A stretch of DNA of 64,000 nt from Vicugna vicugna (GCA_013265495.1 MU057487.1:992001-1056000), one strand, 5' to 3'. Positions 36,791-50,645 are shown, counted from the first letter of the stretch. Notes: generated by a model from the letters alone, not told the origin. Program-made: numbers and translations.

Positions 36791-38149
36791 AAGGAGGAAG
36801 AGCAACCAACATTGTAATGTCTTTAGATCAGTTACTCACACAAAGATTCTCTTTTATAGAATCTGTGCTCTGCAATCCTGAATCTCAAGCTAAATATCAC
36901 TATGGTCTGAGCAACAGTCAGAACATCTCTGCCGGTGAGCACGTCATACTCAGTGTACATTTTCCAGAATCTGGGCCAATGTCCTTAGGCCAGAATTTGC
37001 TTCATGTGGATTGACGGCAGAATTTATAGGAGAAGCTGCCTTAACAACGTCAATAACAAAGAACACTGATCTTTCCTAAAAGAGGAATCACACTCCCTAT
37101 TCTCATGCAGGTTTCCTCTGGCAGAATCCCATCCTCTGTGAGACATGTTGGATAGTATAGAACAGAGTCATCAGTCTCACCCACTTTTTTTGCAACAAAA
37201 TTACCTTAAACCAACTGTACTCAAATCACTGCTGTCCTCAAACAAAAGCAACTCTGAAGGGGACGGTAGTCTTGACCCACAACCCTGTTCTCAGCACACA
37301 GAAATGCTAGACTGTTTCCTTACATTGACCACAAGGGACAAACCAGTAAAAGCACGGCGCTGACTTGAAAAGGAGAGAAAATGAGTTTAATGGGCACAGA
37401 TACTAATTTCCCTACTCTCGAGGGTATTACTTCACTTCAACAAATAAGCATATGCAGCGAGATGATTCCTGTTCCACCTGAAGCACACTGCAAAAGCAGG
37501 CAAGTATTTTGGCCCTGGAAGGAAGCAGTAGCAGTGGCTTTAAAACCCCTAGAGAAGTAGGTGAGAAGGAGGCAAAGAGGGTACCTCTGGGTCAGGCTTT
37601 AAAATACAGATTCATTTTGTCGATTTGGCTGTTGTTTTATGTTGTGATTCAATTAGAAATACTGGGTAGGGGATTACTGGATTTTTCTGGGGTCCTCACA
37701 TGCTCGAAATCATTCACCACTGACACTTGAACAATTTAACATGTTGGAAAATAAGTCCGTGTTTCCAATCCTCTACACTGTGGAACTAAGTGTTCCCAGC
37801 TTGTTCTATTTTTGCCATTGGACCATTTCATTTTGAAGACACACTTGGGAAAGATGACAGCATTAATTTAGCCAACAATATTTATTTTGTTTTCATTAGT
37901 TGTTTTTGTAGTTTCATATTTTGATGCTTGATCTGATAAATGTATGATACCCAGAGGATGACTCTGTTTATACTAATAACAGCATCTCGTTCACACTTCA
38001 ACAATGATAGAATAGTTGGCTTCACTGTCAAAAGAGCATGAATCAGAAAGGCTCTTGAGAAGAGGGGTATTTATAATGCAGATGGAAACTACAGGGAGGG
38101 TGAGGTGAGGCAGGTAGGGAAGAAAGGAAAGGCAAGGCACTGGGTAGAG

Positions 38150-38645
38150 GTGGTGGGTACGAGTTCTCTAAGCAGCTGAGTAACTTGAGCAAGTTACTTA
38201 AACCACTTAAATCTCAGTATTTTCGTCTTCAAAATGGGTATGGGCCAGTTAGAGTATAAAAAAAAATTCGTCATTCTGTAACTGTATACTTGCATACATT
38301 GAGTTTATAGTTGTATCAACACTATTTAATTGAGCAACGATGATCCTTGTGATCCCCTAACAGAAAACTTTAGAAAGAAGAAATGTATGGTACAAATAAT
38401 TTGGGGGAATCAGTAAGTAATAACAACCATTTATTGGGTGATTCTGTGACGGGCATTATGCTCTTTTGTGCATGTTATCTTATTGAATCACCACCATCAT
38501 ATTGCTATATGGGTATTTCATCCTTATGCTAAAAATTAAAAAATCTAGCCTCAAAGGGTTTATGTAACCTGCCCAGTCACTTATCTACAACCAAAATTCA
38601 AATCCAAGAGTCTCAGACTTCCAAGCCTGAGCATTTAACTACATC
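38150..38645. mobile_element. Two MIR fragments (+ at about 38150-38240, - at about 38420-38645)
   Basis: TTGAGCAAGTTACTTAAAC…CTCAGTATTTTCGTCTTCAAAATGGG; and CCATTTATTGGGTG…GTAACCTGCCCAG. Confidence 0.7.
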
Positions 38646-38842
38646 ACCTCTGAGTTAAATTCCAAAGAGGCCATATTTATAAAATTTAATCTTTCAAGTG
38701 TACATTGCAATCTCAGGTGCCACAGAAAGGACACACCATTTTGCTGTCAGTATGAATGGCCATAATAGAGACATTCATTCTATTGCACCACACTGCACAA
38801 CTGGTAGAGCAGGGGGAAAAGGTAGCCTTAGAAATAAAGGCT

Positions 38843-39037
38843 ACTAAATACAGAATAGACAAACAACAAGGTCCTACTGTATGGCACAGGGAATTTATAT
38901 CCAATAACCACAATAAAACAGAATATGAAAAACAATATATATGTATGACTGATACACTATGCTGTATACCAGAAAAACTAACACATTGTAAATCAATTAT
39001 ACTTCAACCAAAAAAAGAATAAGAGACCAAGAACAAA
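38843..39037 (+). mobile_element. Very short 5'-truncated L1 3' UTR with a perfect 13-bp TSD
   Basis: AGAAATAAAGGCT at 38830-38842 and 39038-39050; body AACAAGGTCCTACTGTATGGCACAGGG…ATTATACTTCAA; target TT|AGAA. Confidence 0.95.
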
Positions 39038-40574
39038 AGAAATAAAGGCTTTGGGAAACATTCTAATAAAGAAATAATAAGTTTTTAAATTTATTTTATC
39101 ATTTGTTTATGAATGTTGGCTCAGAATGCCTACATCCAGGAAAATGGGTTTATGCTTCCGTTACTGTCATAAACATATTAGATGAGAATCACCCTTATAT
39201 GTCTGTTTCCCTCACTAGCCTTAGTATTTTTGAAAATGAGAACCCAAGCCTTATTTATCTTCAAATTTCCAGCATGTAATCCAATGCTAAATACAGAATA
39301 AACAATAAACATTAGCCATACACAATTTAATGAATAAGCATTTCCCCAAAACCAATTTATCCTGAAAATGTACCTTGGTATCTCTTCCTTTGTGAGTCTC
39401 TGAAAGAACAAAAAAGGACAAAAGCAAATGTTTAATTCTACTAAAGTGGAAAAGGGAAAGCAGCTGAGGCAGAAAAAGAAACTCAACATTTTAAATATCG
39501 TTAAGCATCCATGTAAAGAGGAAATCGTGCTACCAGTACAACACTAAACCTTACCAAAAAGTAGGTAGCCTGAAAACTATTTTTTAAATGTGTATGTTCC
39601 TTATCTGATATAATTTATAGGAAAAATGTTAATAGCATTTTCTACGAGATGACTTATAATGACTTCAAGTACTTTATTCAACCCTGCCAAGGAGAGTGTG
39701 AAAAGTGGCCTATTGTTAAGCTCTAGAAGACAGATGGGGAACTGAGCCCATTAGCAGCTGAGGGAGCATGGTGTTAGGAGACATCAAGGAAGCACTCTGG
39801 TCTTAAATTATGTTGTGAAAACTTAAAGATGTGAAGAGACCAGAAGTAAAGGTTCTACTGTCATAGGAGAATCTTTGTCCTTGGTCATCTTCAAGGGTAT
39901 GTGGACTGTCTTGCTCTCATTCCCCCGTCCTCCTTACTCATCAGTATCCTAGAGTAAATAACATCCAGTGTAGTTATGTATATGGAAAATGAATCTATAG
40001 TTACCCCAGATTAGATTTCTCATATATTTAGAGGATGTGTCCACATCAGTGGCCATGAGTCATATCAAATAAATGACCACCACTCCTTAACCACACTCTT
40101 AAAATTACGTACAAAAATAGCTACTTAACTTAAATCCCTGCTGAGTCTTTTTGTTGTCTTTGCATGCTGATTCAGAAGGACTATTTGGTGTTTAAAATCT
40201 TCAATGCTTTCTTTTCTAGTCTTTTTCTTGCTGTTTTGCATGAGAGAATACAGAAATCTAAGTCATACTGCCACAGACTCACATTAGCATAAATATTTCT
40301 CTTTTCTATGCAATTTAAAGGTTCATCTTATGATGAAAAAAATGAAATCAGTCTTCTTTTGCACAATGGGAATGATAAAGGGTAATCAATAACAATTTTG
40401 CATAAAAGGACTTAATTTTAAGTGATAGTGATAGCATTAAGTGGTACTATCTTTGTATTTCTCCTGCTTTCATTAAATTGCTCCTTTAGCTGTGTCACTA
40501 AACAGACAGCAGTACATTGATAGGTATCTGAGCTTGTAAAAATCAATGAACAGAGCTCATTGTGGTTTTTTTCC

Positions 40575-40920
40575 AGTTTCTCCCTGCCCTAGATCCTCCC
40601 TCTCTTTACTGCCTTTCTCTGTGTCCAGGGAGACTGGTCCCTGCCCATTGCATCAGCCAGCCTCCCTGCCAGCTTCCTCTACAGTGGCAGCCAGTTGGAG
40701 GCACTCCTCACAAGAGACTAGAGTAGGTGTGGGGAATAAGAAGTTTGGGGGAATGCTCCCCAATCCCTCTCTGCTCTGAGTGGTGCCCCTCCACAACTAC
40801 AGCTCTTGCATGGCAGTCCCTCCTCATTTCTCAAGCTCTCTCTGATTCCAGAAACACCATTTTCCTCTGTTTCCTTTAGACCAGGGGTGAATTCTGTTTC
40901 CTTCTGGATCTTGACTGGTA
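40575..40920. mobile_element. LTR33-like (ERVL) LTR fragment
   Basis: CTGTGTCCAGGGAGACTGGTCCCTGCCCATTGCATCA…CCAGTTGGAGGCAC…AAGAGACTAGAG. Confidence 0.6.
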
Positions 40921-41274
40921 AAACTTGAAAGCAGATCAACTTAAACTTTTTCCATTCCAATCACTTAACTCTGTTGAAAATAACGTCCCTTTTCTTTGTG
41001 TCATTGAGACTGGGATCAAACAGTTCAATAATAATATAGCCAGAAGTCATCTTTAATCCTGGTGATCAGGGCACAAAATGATGTTCATGAACTTTGTATA
41101 CTGGAGAACTGCTTCTCCTTGGCCCCACTCTGGAGTCGCCCTTCTTGCCAACAGGAATGGAACATCATACTCCCTCTTACTGCAGTGAGAACAGAGGACA
41201 CAGCAGTACTCAGTGGTTATAGAGCAATATTGGAGGAACCATCTTGGGATCTGAGACAAAAACAAAAAATCAAT

Positions 41275-41462
41275 AACACCGATCATGTCTTGATTAAAGT
41301 TTTTTATATTTTATTCATCAAGGATTTCTTGCATTAATTTAAACTGTTAGTATAGTGCATTTTTAAATTATTTATTTATCTTGGTCACTGAGTTTTTGGC
41401 ACTCCCTTTACATTTGATACCCAAGGTGAGTGTCTTGCTCCCCTCTCCCTAGTCCAAGCCCC
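41275..41462. mobile_element. MER91-like hAT-Tip100 fragment
   Basis: TTTATCTTGGTCACTGAGTTTTTGGCACTCCCTT…CCCTAGTCCAAGCCC. Confidence 0.7.
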
Positions 41463-41509
41463 GTTAGAAAGAGTCAGAAAATGGAGAGTTCTCACAAACT
41501 GACAGTCAG

Positions 41510-42015
41510 GGCTAGGTTATGACATCGTCATTAAAGATACAAACTTGGAATTCAGTTTGAATTTTTCCCCGACTACTTACTGGTTGTGACCTTGGGCAAG
41601 TTTCTTAAATCCTCTTGGCCTCAATTTCCTCATTGCAAGATGAACATAATAATATAGGTCAACAAATGCTAATCTGCACTGCAACTTCCAACATGTTCTT
41701 GGAACCAAATGATTGTTCACACATTTAGCACAAGCTAATTTGCAGCAAACTCTGACTGAACTGAGGTAAGGCAATTCATAATCTTTATTTTATCCCACAT
41801 ATGAGGCAGTTACTTACAGGGTGCTGCCTCAGATCCCAGTGGGGGTGGTACCAATTAAATATATGTTATATGCGTAATTTAGCTGGTCTGAAATTTGAAA
41901 GTTCTAAATTCAAAAACTTAGGTTAGCCTAAGTGTTTTGGATGATGACTGTGAACCTGTATCAGCTCTTTGTGGGGATTCAGTGAGATGCTGCATGAGAT
42001 CACATCATAGAATAC
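41510..42015 (+). mobile_element. MIR SINE split by a Tigger insertion
   Basis: CTTACTGGTTGTGACCTTGGGCAAGTTTCTTAA…CTCAATTTCCTCAT…ATAATAATA, resuming as TTGTGGGGATTCAGTGAGATG. Confidence 0.8.
41655..41958 (+). mobile_element. Tigger12-like MITE with TA target duplication
   Basis: TA|TAGGTCAACA…TGTGAACCTG|TA; internal CTGACTGAACTGAGGTAAGGC…TTTATCCCAC and GTGCTGCCTCAGATCCCAGTGGGGGTG. Confidence 0.7.
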
Positions 42016-43379
42016 TCACTGGAAAATGGGCTTTCCTAGAACCCTGGAAATTGAGAGCAGAGATTCAGTTCCAGACCCTGATATTACTTGCTCCCTGGTG
42101 GAAAGATGACACCTCACAGACACTGAGTTGAGTTCAAAAGGCTATATTAGTTCTTCCAAAAAATGATGTAAACCCTGAATATTAAAGGTGAGTGGCAAGG
42201 TGAGAATGAATATTTGTCCTCTTTGTGTGGACAGTGCCACAGGCAGATATGGGTTCCTGTTGGATTTTAGGGGAAGCCAGGGAAGCTCTATGCTGAGATA
42301 TGCTGTGTACACTCCTATCCTGTGTGGCCGCCTCCCTTCTGATTAGGTTTGCATTCTTGGCTAATTAAATTTGGAGTTTAATCTAACTTTGCAGTATGTG
42401 TGTTGGGAGTGGGTCTCTTCCTATCAATCTGTAACCTGGCTGAAGCACTGCAGTGCTCAGGAAACACTGATTATTAATGTCATCTCCATCATCATCGTTG
42501 CCTAAAGGCAACAGACATTTTTCAAAATTGAAGCTTTCCTAGAAGTCAATTGATTTACAGTATAATCTTTGAGCAATTGCAAACAAAGACTAACATTTCA
42601 CTGTAATTATGACTAAAAGCTTGATGGAAGAAAGTGGAAACGTCATCCCAGCCTGGGGTGGGATGTGAACTATATCAGCAGAACACAAATGATGAAGACA
42701 CATCTAGACTGGACCACAACAGAGACAATTCCTTTAATGGTAAATGACTAAGGATTTTTACCAATTTCCAATAAGAATCGAAAGTTAATTTCAAAGCCTG
42801 CTTTATACTCTTCAGAGTTCCCTGTTTTTAATTTAATTTTTAATTTAATGCTTAAATTAACTTGCAAGAACATTATAGAGTTGTTATTCCTCAGGATGGG
42901 TTTAGTTATGCTCTCTTCTCTCTCTCTCTCTCTTTTTTTTTTTTGGCTACACATTGTCTTCATAGTATTAGATGACTAATTTGATTGGGGACCCCATTTG
43001 TTAACTTCAGTCAGATTCCAGTGCTCAGAATGGGCAAAACAGATCAGAGCCACCCTCAACAGTAAACTTGTATCGGGGGAATTACCTGTCAAAATGGCCC
43101 GATGACCTGATATAAACACCCCTCAGACTTGCTGATATTAATAATGAGTTTGTGTACCGACCAGAATCATCTATATGACATAAAAATAGAGACATTCTGT
43201 TTGAAGTAGGAGTTGAACTGCCAAGTCCCCCTTTACCCCTAGGTTGCCTGCCCCTTTCCAATGTCTTTACAAAGCCCTTAAAGCTCCAAGGGATCTTATG
43301 AGACTCAGTGGGGCAATAGCTCCTAAGAAAGAATCCTTTCCACTCTAGCACTCCCTAGATCCACAAATCCATGAGATTC

Positions 43380-43620
43380 TAATAGTTACTATTTACTACG
43401 TGTCTAATGTACAAGGCCTGAAGCGAGCATTTATTCACGGTATATTAATAAGCTTTAGAAAGACCTTACAAGGTAAGGATTATTTATCCCCTTATACAGA
43501 TTAAAGAACTGAGGCTGTAGAGTTTAAATAACTTTCTTGAAGTCACACAGCCAGTAAGTGAGGCTCTAGAATTCAAGCTCAGTTCAGCTGACCCGAAAGC
43601 CCATATGCTAACCAGCACGT
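43380..43620 (-). mobile_element. MIR SINE
   Basis: TTATCCCCTTATACAGATTAAAGAACTGAGGC…GTCACACAGCCAGTAAGTG. Confidence 0.85.
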
Positions 43621-44199
43621 CTATCAGGGAATCCGAAAGAGAAGAAAACAGCTTGGTGAATAAACTGCTGGAAAGAGTCTGCCTGAAACTCATCTTCAAA
43701 GGACCTGCGCTTCACAGTGGTTTCCTTTCCACTTTATACAACTGTTTTTTTGTTTTGTTCTGTTTTGTTTTGTCTCTTTTCCTCTCCTCTCCTCTCTCCA
43801 AACCACTTGTCTAGGTCTCTAGAAATTTATGACAAAAAACATGATGACAGACAGCTGCCCAGTTTCACCACTTACACCCTAGAAATCCAGACAGCAAGTG
43901 CCCAGGGCACTTCTCAGGGGCAATTGCCCATCTCAGGACCATTCCACCATGGACCCATTTAAGGGGGCAGGATAAGGGCATAAAACGGCTGTTCCTGCTG
44001 CAGCTGGACAGCAATCCTCAGAGAAGAGAGGTGGAAACAAAATGTTAGAAGGTGGGTCTGTTTCACAGAAACATGGTCCTGACTGGATTTGAAAAAGATG
44101 GCCCTTATTTCTGTTTTCTCATTAAAATACCTAACTATTAACTACCTGTTTTATTCATACTTTGTGAATATGCAAAAATCTAGACCAAGATTGTGGTTT

Positions 44200-44665
44200 T
44201 ATCTAGGGTTTTCCATTCACTACTTGTACAGATTACTACATGGACAAATGACTTCTGTCCTAGTTCAGTTTATTGTTTGTTTGATTGTTTTTGTTTTTGT
44301 TTCTGTTTTGTTGTTGTTGTCATTGTTGTTATATTAAATAAAAGGATTATCTCTAAAGAGTTCTTGATTACTCACATTTTCTGGGTTAGCAGAGCTGTCC
44401 AGAAAATATTTGTAATGTCAAATATAAATCCAAGAATCAGGGAGATCTAAGCATAAGTACTAATAATGTTCATATGTAGTTGCTTGGGATTTTCCATTTG
44501 GTCCTCTCTCTAATTCTTCAGGATGGTGGTCTAGATGTCATTATGTCATTCCTCTTCTGTGCAAAGAGGAAACATATCAAGAGGTTGAAGAACTTGTTCA
44601 TAATCACACAAGTGACATCATGACTTGAACTCAGGTCTCCTGATTTAGAGTCAACATGCTGTAGT
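44200..44665. mobile_element. Two degenerate MIR fragments, the first containing a (GTT/GTTTT)n tract
   Basis: AGAGGAAACATATCAAGAGGTTGAAGAACTTGTTCATAATCACACA…TTGAACTCAGGTCTCCTGA. Confidence 0.55.
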
Positions 44666-45409
44666 CATTTGGAATAATTTTCAAATTAGCCATCAAAAAG
44701 TCATAATTTTAGCCATTGCCATTTCTCTGTTATTAGCACCTAGTTCTAAGTAGATAAATACATAATGAATGCTCTAGAGCTTTGACTGCCACCTTTCCTA
44801 AAGCAGTTGACCTGGCATTTCCGAGTGGTGAGATCAGTGTTGTCACCTGTAGAATTGCAGCCTACCTTATTCTGGAAGATCAGTCTACAGCTGGAGAACT
44901 TCTAGGTCTGATATGTTTGACAGTCCCTAATGGGAATCCGTGAACACCTTATCAAGGTGGTTGTGTTTTATAGACGTGGGGAGGGGAGAGTTGTGAAAAG
45001 AAATACAAAAAATCCTCACAAATTAGGTAATGCATCTTATTTGTAATTTGCTGTTTTCTTACTCCCAGTTCATCCCTTGTGTCTGAACCAACAATCTATC
45101 TCCTTCTAAATAAGGCTATTTAGTCAGCATACCCTGTGAGATTGTGCCTTGTATAACAAATCCTTTGCTCAAAATGGTTCTAATACTGCAATATTTTCAG
45201 CTTTGAGGGAGGGAATTAGCCATAGTTAGAAAGGGCATTTCGATAATTCATTTTCAATCATTTTCATGTCAGTAACCACAAGTGTACCTAAATCAGTTTT
45301 GGATCAGACCTTAAGTAGGATCATCAGAAAAGAATATATAGACAATGAAATAATGGAATAAATATAACCATAGCCCTTTTACTTCTCCCTTCTTAAATCT
45401 GAATGCTGC

Positions 45410-45725
45410 TTTTGTCCTTATCAATGCATACTAAAATAGCATTATTAAAAGAGATTACTGACCTCCTAACATCCAAACCAATGGCCCCTTTATCTTTGAA
45501 TTCTACATAGCATCTGACTCTAGTAATCATCCTCTCCTTAAAATATCCTCCTTCTTTGAGTTTGGAGATATGAAGCTATTGCATTATTTTCACCTCTCTG
45601 AAAGTCCTGAGAGTTTTATTCTCTTGCTCCCAATGTTCATTATCTTCTTCCTTTTCTCTCTATTTACCTCTTACCTCAGATGCCACATCTAGTTTCAAAT
45701 ATCACTATAGGGAAGACCTCCAACT
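45410..45725 (+). mobile_element. L2 fragment
   Basis: TGACCTCCTAACATCCAAACCAATGG…AGCATCTGACTCTAGTAATCATCCTCTCCTT. Confidence 0.65.
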
Positions 45726-46259
45726 ACGAATAACTGTACATTTCTTAGCAGAAAGAAGTGGAACAATGGGAGGAAGAGACATGGGCACTGCTAGTCATTC
45801 GCCGGGAAGAGAACCATGTGTTTCCAGTCTAGATTTACAATTATGAACTGTTCAAATTTTCATCCTTGTTTGTAAAGCTAACAGTGATCCTCTTTTGCTT
45901 TTGGAGTTTGGGCAAGTTTCTTGAATCCTCTTTACATAAACTTTGCCTCTTTATTTCTCTTTTTCGAAAACATAGTGGCCTGTATTATCTGGATTTGATG
46001 TCTACATTTATTAATATGAGAGTTATTGGATTTTTCATATTAACTCATTTATTTTATGTTATGCTACATAGAAATAGGTCATGTACAAACAAAATTTAAG
46101 CAAGAAGAGCTTACAAAAACTAAATGTGACCCTATGTGAAAAATGTTAAAATGAAATTGTTTATGGCAGTTTTATGGGTATCCTCCCCAAATCTTCATTT
46201 GCCTAAAGATTCTTCTTTTTTTATAAATTGAAACTTCCATGCTAATTTTGAGGGAGAGA

Positions 46260-46430
46260 GTAAGGAAAGGAACATGGGTCCCTGAGTCAAGTTCACAGGT
46301 TCATATGGACGTCTCACAACCTCCTAGTTCAATGTCAATTTCTATATTTCTGAAACAGAATTATTATAAATGCCTGTTAGAATTCTTGGAAGGATTAGAA
46401 GTGATGAAGTAAAATGCATAGAATACAGTA
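46260..46430 (+). mobile_element. MIR fragment
   Basis: TCAATTTCTATATTTCTGAAACAGAATT…GGAAGGATTAGAAGTGATGAAGT. Confidence 0.5.
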
Positions 46431-47879
46431 ATATCATATTTATAAGTCTAATAGTCACTCTGAATATAGTATAGTATAGCACAATGTCTTCATAGTGGAG
46501 GAGGTCGACCAGGAGGCTTAAAGAAATCTAAATGAAATGAAGGAAATCAGACTGTGATTCAACCAAAATAGGGAGCCAAGTTCCAAACAGATCAAGATAT
46601 CCTGCACTATCTTCTATTCAGTAAACAAATTACAACTATTATTTGTTTTCTTATTTGTGTAATAAAGGAAAGAGCTAAACAATATGGCAAAATCCCAGTC
46701 AGTTTAAAAACTTCAGTATGTGTGACAAGAAAAGTCAAGAATTTAAGGGCTGCCTGGATGGTTTATTGCTCTACACAAGGATGTCAAATAGGCTTTTGTA
46801 TACTTGCTTACTTGCATTATTGGATTATTTGATCTTAGCCTAATGGAGTATGCCATTAGCCTATGAAATATTGAAAAGAATTCAAAGGCTGGATATGAGC
46901 ACAGGGTGGTCAAGAGAATCTGACCAATGAGCCTTATCAGGTTTAGCTGCAGGAAGGGAGAGTTCAGGTGCTCTGTATCTGCAATCCCTAGTAGTCTGTG
47001 GGTATTGGACTGCATTTCATAGCTATATGGGTAGGGGATTTTTTTCCAAGTCTCTCTGAAACAAACTTTGATATAAATGCTTTCTGCCCTCACAAGCCTT
47101 AGCAGACTCAAACCTTCATGCCGTGAAAGAATGTTTCCCCTGCTTCAGAAATCAGTGACTGCAAACAGCAGAGGGAACTTGAACTGCTCCATACTGGAGT
47201 CAAGCTTAAGGAAAAGAGAAAAGAAAATACTTTGTTCCATGAGGATGAACAAGAAAATCCTACCAATGATCTTCGACTGAGTAGTTATAGGAAAATGCTC
47301 TATTTGCTTCCCTGAGCCAATTGAATCATGATGCTCCTTGTACCCTGGGAACATATCAACTTCAATTAGGAAAAAAAAAAAGGAACAACTGAGCAGAACG
47401 TTTGATCAATTAACGGCTTTACGTTAACCATATCTGTAGAAGGATAGGCCTGAAAAAGTAAGCCTATGACAAAAGCTACAAAACAACGAACCTACTTTAG
47501 ATTATTCCTAGAAAGCCTTGGGTACATCTCCTGGAAAATGATCAAAGAAATAATGACTCTATTTATCAGTTTTCAATTATCCAGAAGTTGTTCATTTGTG
47601 GATGGTTCACATCTCTGTTCTACTTCTGCTCTCTCTGGCTGAATGCCTTTTGGCTATTAGAGTGTCCATGTGCACTTTCATGAGAGATGGGCAGGGAGAG
47701 ACGTCAGCAAGCGTACAAATTAAAAGACGCATAAACGTGAGAGAATAGCAAGCCCTTTGGCTAAATGAGGCTTATGTATTACCTGTAGATCTAAAACTTC
47801 CATGCTTTTCCTGAAATCATACTATGATATCCTGCCAGATCAGGGCTTTGTATTATCAGCATTCAATAAATATTAGCAG

Positions 47880-48050
47880 AAAGAATGTATAGCATAGTGA
47901 TAAAGAGCCCAGGGGAGAGAGCTGGGTTACCTGTGTTTACATTCTATCTCTAAACTTAAAGTTGAATGACTATTTACTTGACCTCTCTGTGCCTTAGTTT
48001 CTTTATCTGAAAGTAGTATTGTGATAGATTGTATTGCTATCAAAGTATGT
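47880..48050 (+). mobile_element. MIR SINE
   Basis: GTATAGCATAGTGATAAAGAGC…TTACTTGACCTCTCTGTGCCTTAGTTTCTTTATCTG. Confidence 0.8.
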
Positions 48051-49149
48051 GTCAAAGGGGCAAAATCTGGAGATGAGAATAGACCAATGGAGAGAGACTA
48101 ATTAAATTTCTGCCATTTTCACAGCTCCCTACCAACAGCAACAAGGGCAGCTACCCGTGGTGCAGAAAACATATACATCTTCCCAAACCACAACTCCATA
48201 GACCATGTGACATTCCTCCCAAGCACTTCTCATTGATGTGATTAGTTTGACATGAAAAAGGTGAATCCATAATTGATGCACATGCTCCCTGGCAGGAAAG
48301 GATAATCTCTACCTTATTATTCATTGAGAAAAGCTTCACAGAATTGTATCAAATTGCCCAGCTGTGCAACAAGAGACTCAACTTTCTACCATCCTCAGGC
48401 TACTGAATCCCTAAAGTTTGGAATATCTGATGTATGATAAGGCTAAATTTGTCCAACTTATGTTTTATAAGAAGGAATTGAATCATCCTTTGAGAAGTAG
48501 ACAGTCAACCCCAAAATGAAACAACACTGTTTGGGGGCATGGGGGTTCAAACTTACAATAAATCTGTGTTACTCAAATAAAATAGGGAGAGTGGCAAAAC
48601 TACGCATAAAAGGTATTTAAAAATGAGAAAATAAATATTGCATGCCAAAGCTAGATTTAAAAGATTCATTCCAAATTTTTTAGGGTGAAAATGGTTTACA
48701 CTCTCAGGAAAATTCAAGAAAACACAGACTTGTAAAACAATAGATAACAGATAAGAAAAGATCACTGTCTAAATAGGATAAATAGCATAATTAAAGAACT
48801 TTTAAAGAAGAATTTCAAGAAAAAAATGAGCAAATGATCTCTCTTTAAAACCATCAAAACAGCAAAATGTGTAAATACAGAAAAGTTCATGCCCAATGGA
48901 ACTAGGAAATAGCTACAATGAAAATTTTAACAAAACCGGGAAAGAGCACAAAATCCAGTGCATCATACTTCTAACTCTTAGAAAAAGAGAGCAGAATGGA
49001 GGAGAAAAGGAACTACATTGTCATTTGTGTTGCTACTCAACAAAGTTAACCGAGCTGAGTAAGTCAACACCAAATGCCAATGAGGGGATCTGAATGTACA
49101 GTGGCTTCCCTCTAGGTCACTCCAGTCTCCTACTCAGTAGAGGACATGC

Positions 49150-49235
49150 TCACTGCAGTAGGGGCTCTGGGTTTTAGACTGACCCAACCAGAATCTTCAG
49201 GAATGGGGTCTAGGAATCTGCTTTAACAGCAATAT
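49150..49235. mobile_element. MER5-like hAT-Charlie fragment
   Basis: CCAGAATCTTCAGGAATGGGGTCTAGGAATCTGCTTTAACA. Confidence 0.55.
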
Positions 49236-49384
49236 AGGAGCTTCAGAGCAGGGGAATCCAAAGATCGTGCTAAGTAACATTATAATTCTGATATTTATAT
49301 ATGTATATAATTATATATAAAATGCTAAAATAAGTTTATATCTGTTTTATGACAAAATACTATAGATAGATCTAAATACAAGTG

Positions 49385-49394
49385 AGTGTGTATA

Positions 49395-49437
<43 letters not shown>
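49385..49437. repeat. (TG)n(TA)n(TG)n compound microsatellite
   Basis: Directly visible. Confidence 0.95.
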
Positions 49438-49489
49438 AAATATTAGTAAATACTAAAAGGTACACATAATTCAGATCAGTTTTCTTGAC

Positions 49490-50645
49490 CTAAGTTCAAC
49501 AGCCTAGCAAATAATAACATAAGTAAAATTGAAATATAAAGGAAAAAAACCCAACCTTTTGAAAATGTAAAAACTCCCTCTCAGAAAATTTATAATTGAA
49601 ATAATAAATCAGTTCATATTATGGAATAATTATATGATAATAATAATGAAAAAATTTCAAAACTAAGACCTATAGTCAAAGTTCTACATAAAGGAAAATT
49701 ATAGTCAAAACTATACATAGAGAAAAATTTATAGCCTTAAACACATCACTAAACACATCACATTAAGTTAAATAAAGAATTTGGTTCAAATTAGTACACA
49801 TACAGTAAAAGAAAACCCTCAAGGGAATTAAAATGAAGGAATGAATAAAGGTGAAACAAGAAATTAATTTACAGGAGGGGAAAAGTTATTTTAAAAAACA
49901 TACTATTAGCTAATCATCAGGAAAAAGAAACACAATGTACATTAAGATATTAAAAAGAATATAATAAAATATACAGAGAAAAAAATAAAAGTGAATACTG
50001 ATTTTTATCCAGCTCTAAAAATAAAATAGTAACCATGAAAGAAACTGACAGTTTTCTAGAAAAATATATATTATCAAAAGAAATCCTCAAAATATAGAAA
50101 ATCTTTACAGACTAAAGACAATAAATGAAATAAAATTAGTCCCCCAAATGACACTATTCATAGGAAATCTTTGCAAACCTTTATATAAATAATTTTTATG
50201 TTATTTAAATGTTTTCAGATCATGGAGAGAAAGATAAAATCTTCCTATTATTTTTTTCAAAGTCAGAACAAGACATATAACCTGACAAAGATAACATACA
50301 CATATACACAAAACAAAGAATGGCTTACTAATAAATAATAGTTGCTTATTTGAAAGAAAATTAAGTTGTATTTCTATCCACATTATAAACACATAAAATT
50401 CCAAATGGATTAAAACTTTAGATGTACTTGAAAACCACAAAACTAATGGTAGTAATTATGAAAAATATTTTATAGTGTTAAGAAAAGGATTTATAAGTAT
50501 GCACAAAACCTAGGGACCATACTGAAAGATAAAATATTTTTTAAAAAACAAAAATGGAGTTTCTATGGCAAAGATACATTAATAAAGAAAAAGGCAAATA
50601 AACTGGGAGAACATACACACATTGTACAAAAAGCAAAAAGATCAG
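49490..50645 (+). mobile_element. Highly decayed old L1 (L1ME-type) ORF2 fragments
   Basis: A-rich, with L1 motifs GAAAAATTTATAGCCTTAA, TTCCAAATGGATTAAAACTTTAGATGT and AAACTGGGAGAACATA. Confidence 0.7.
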
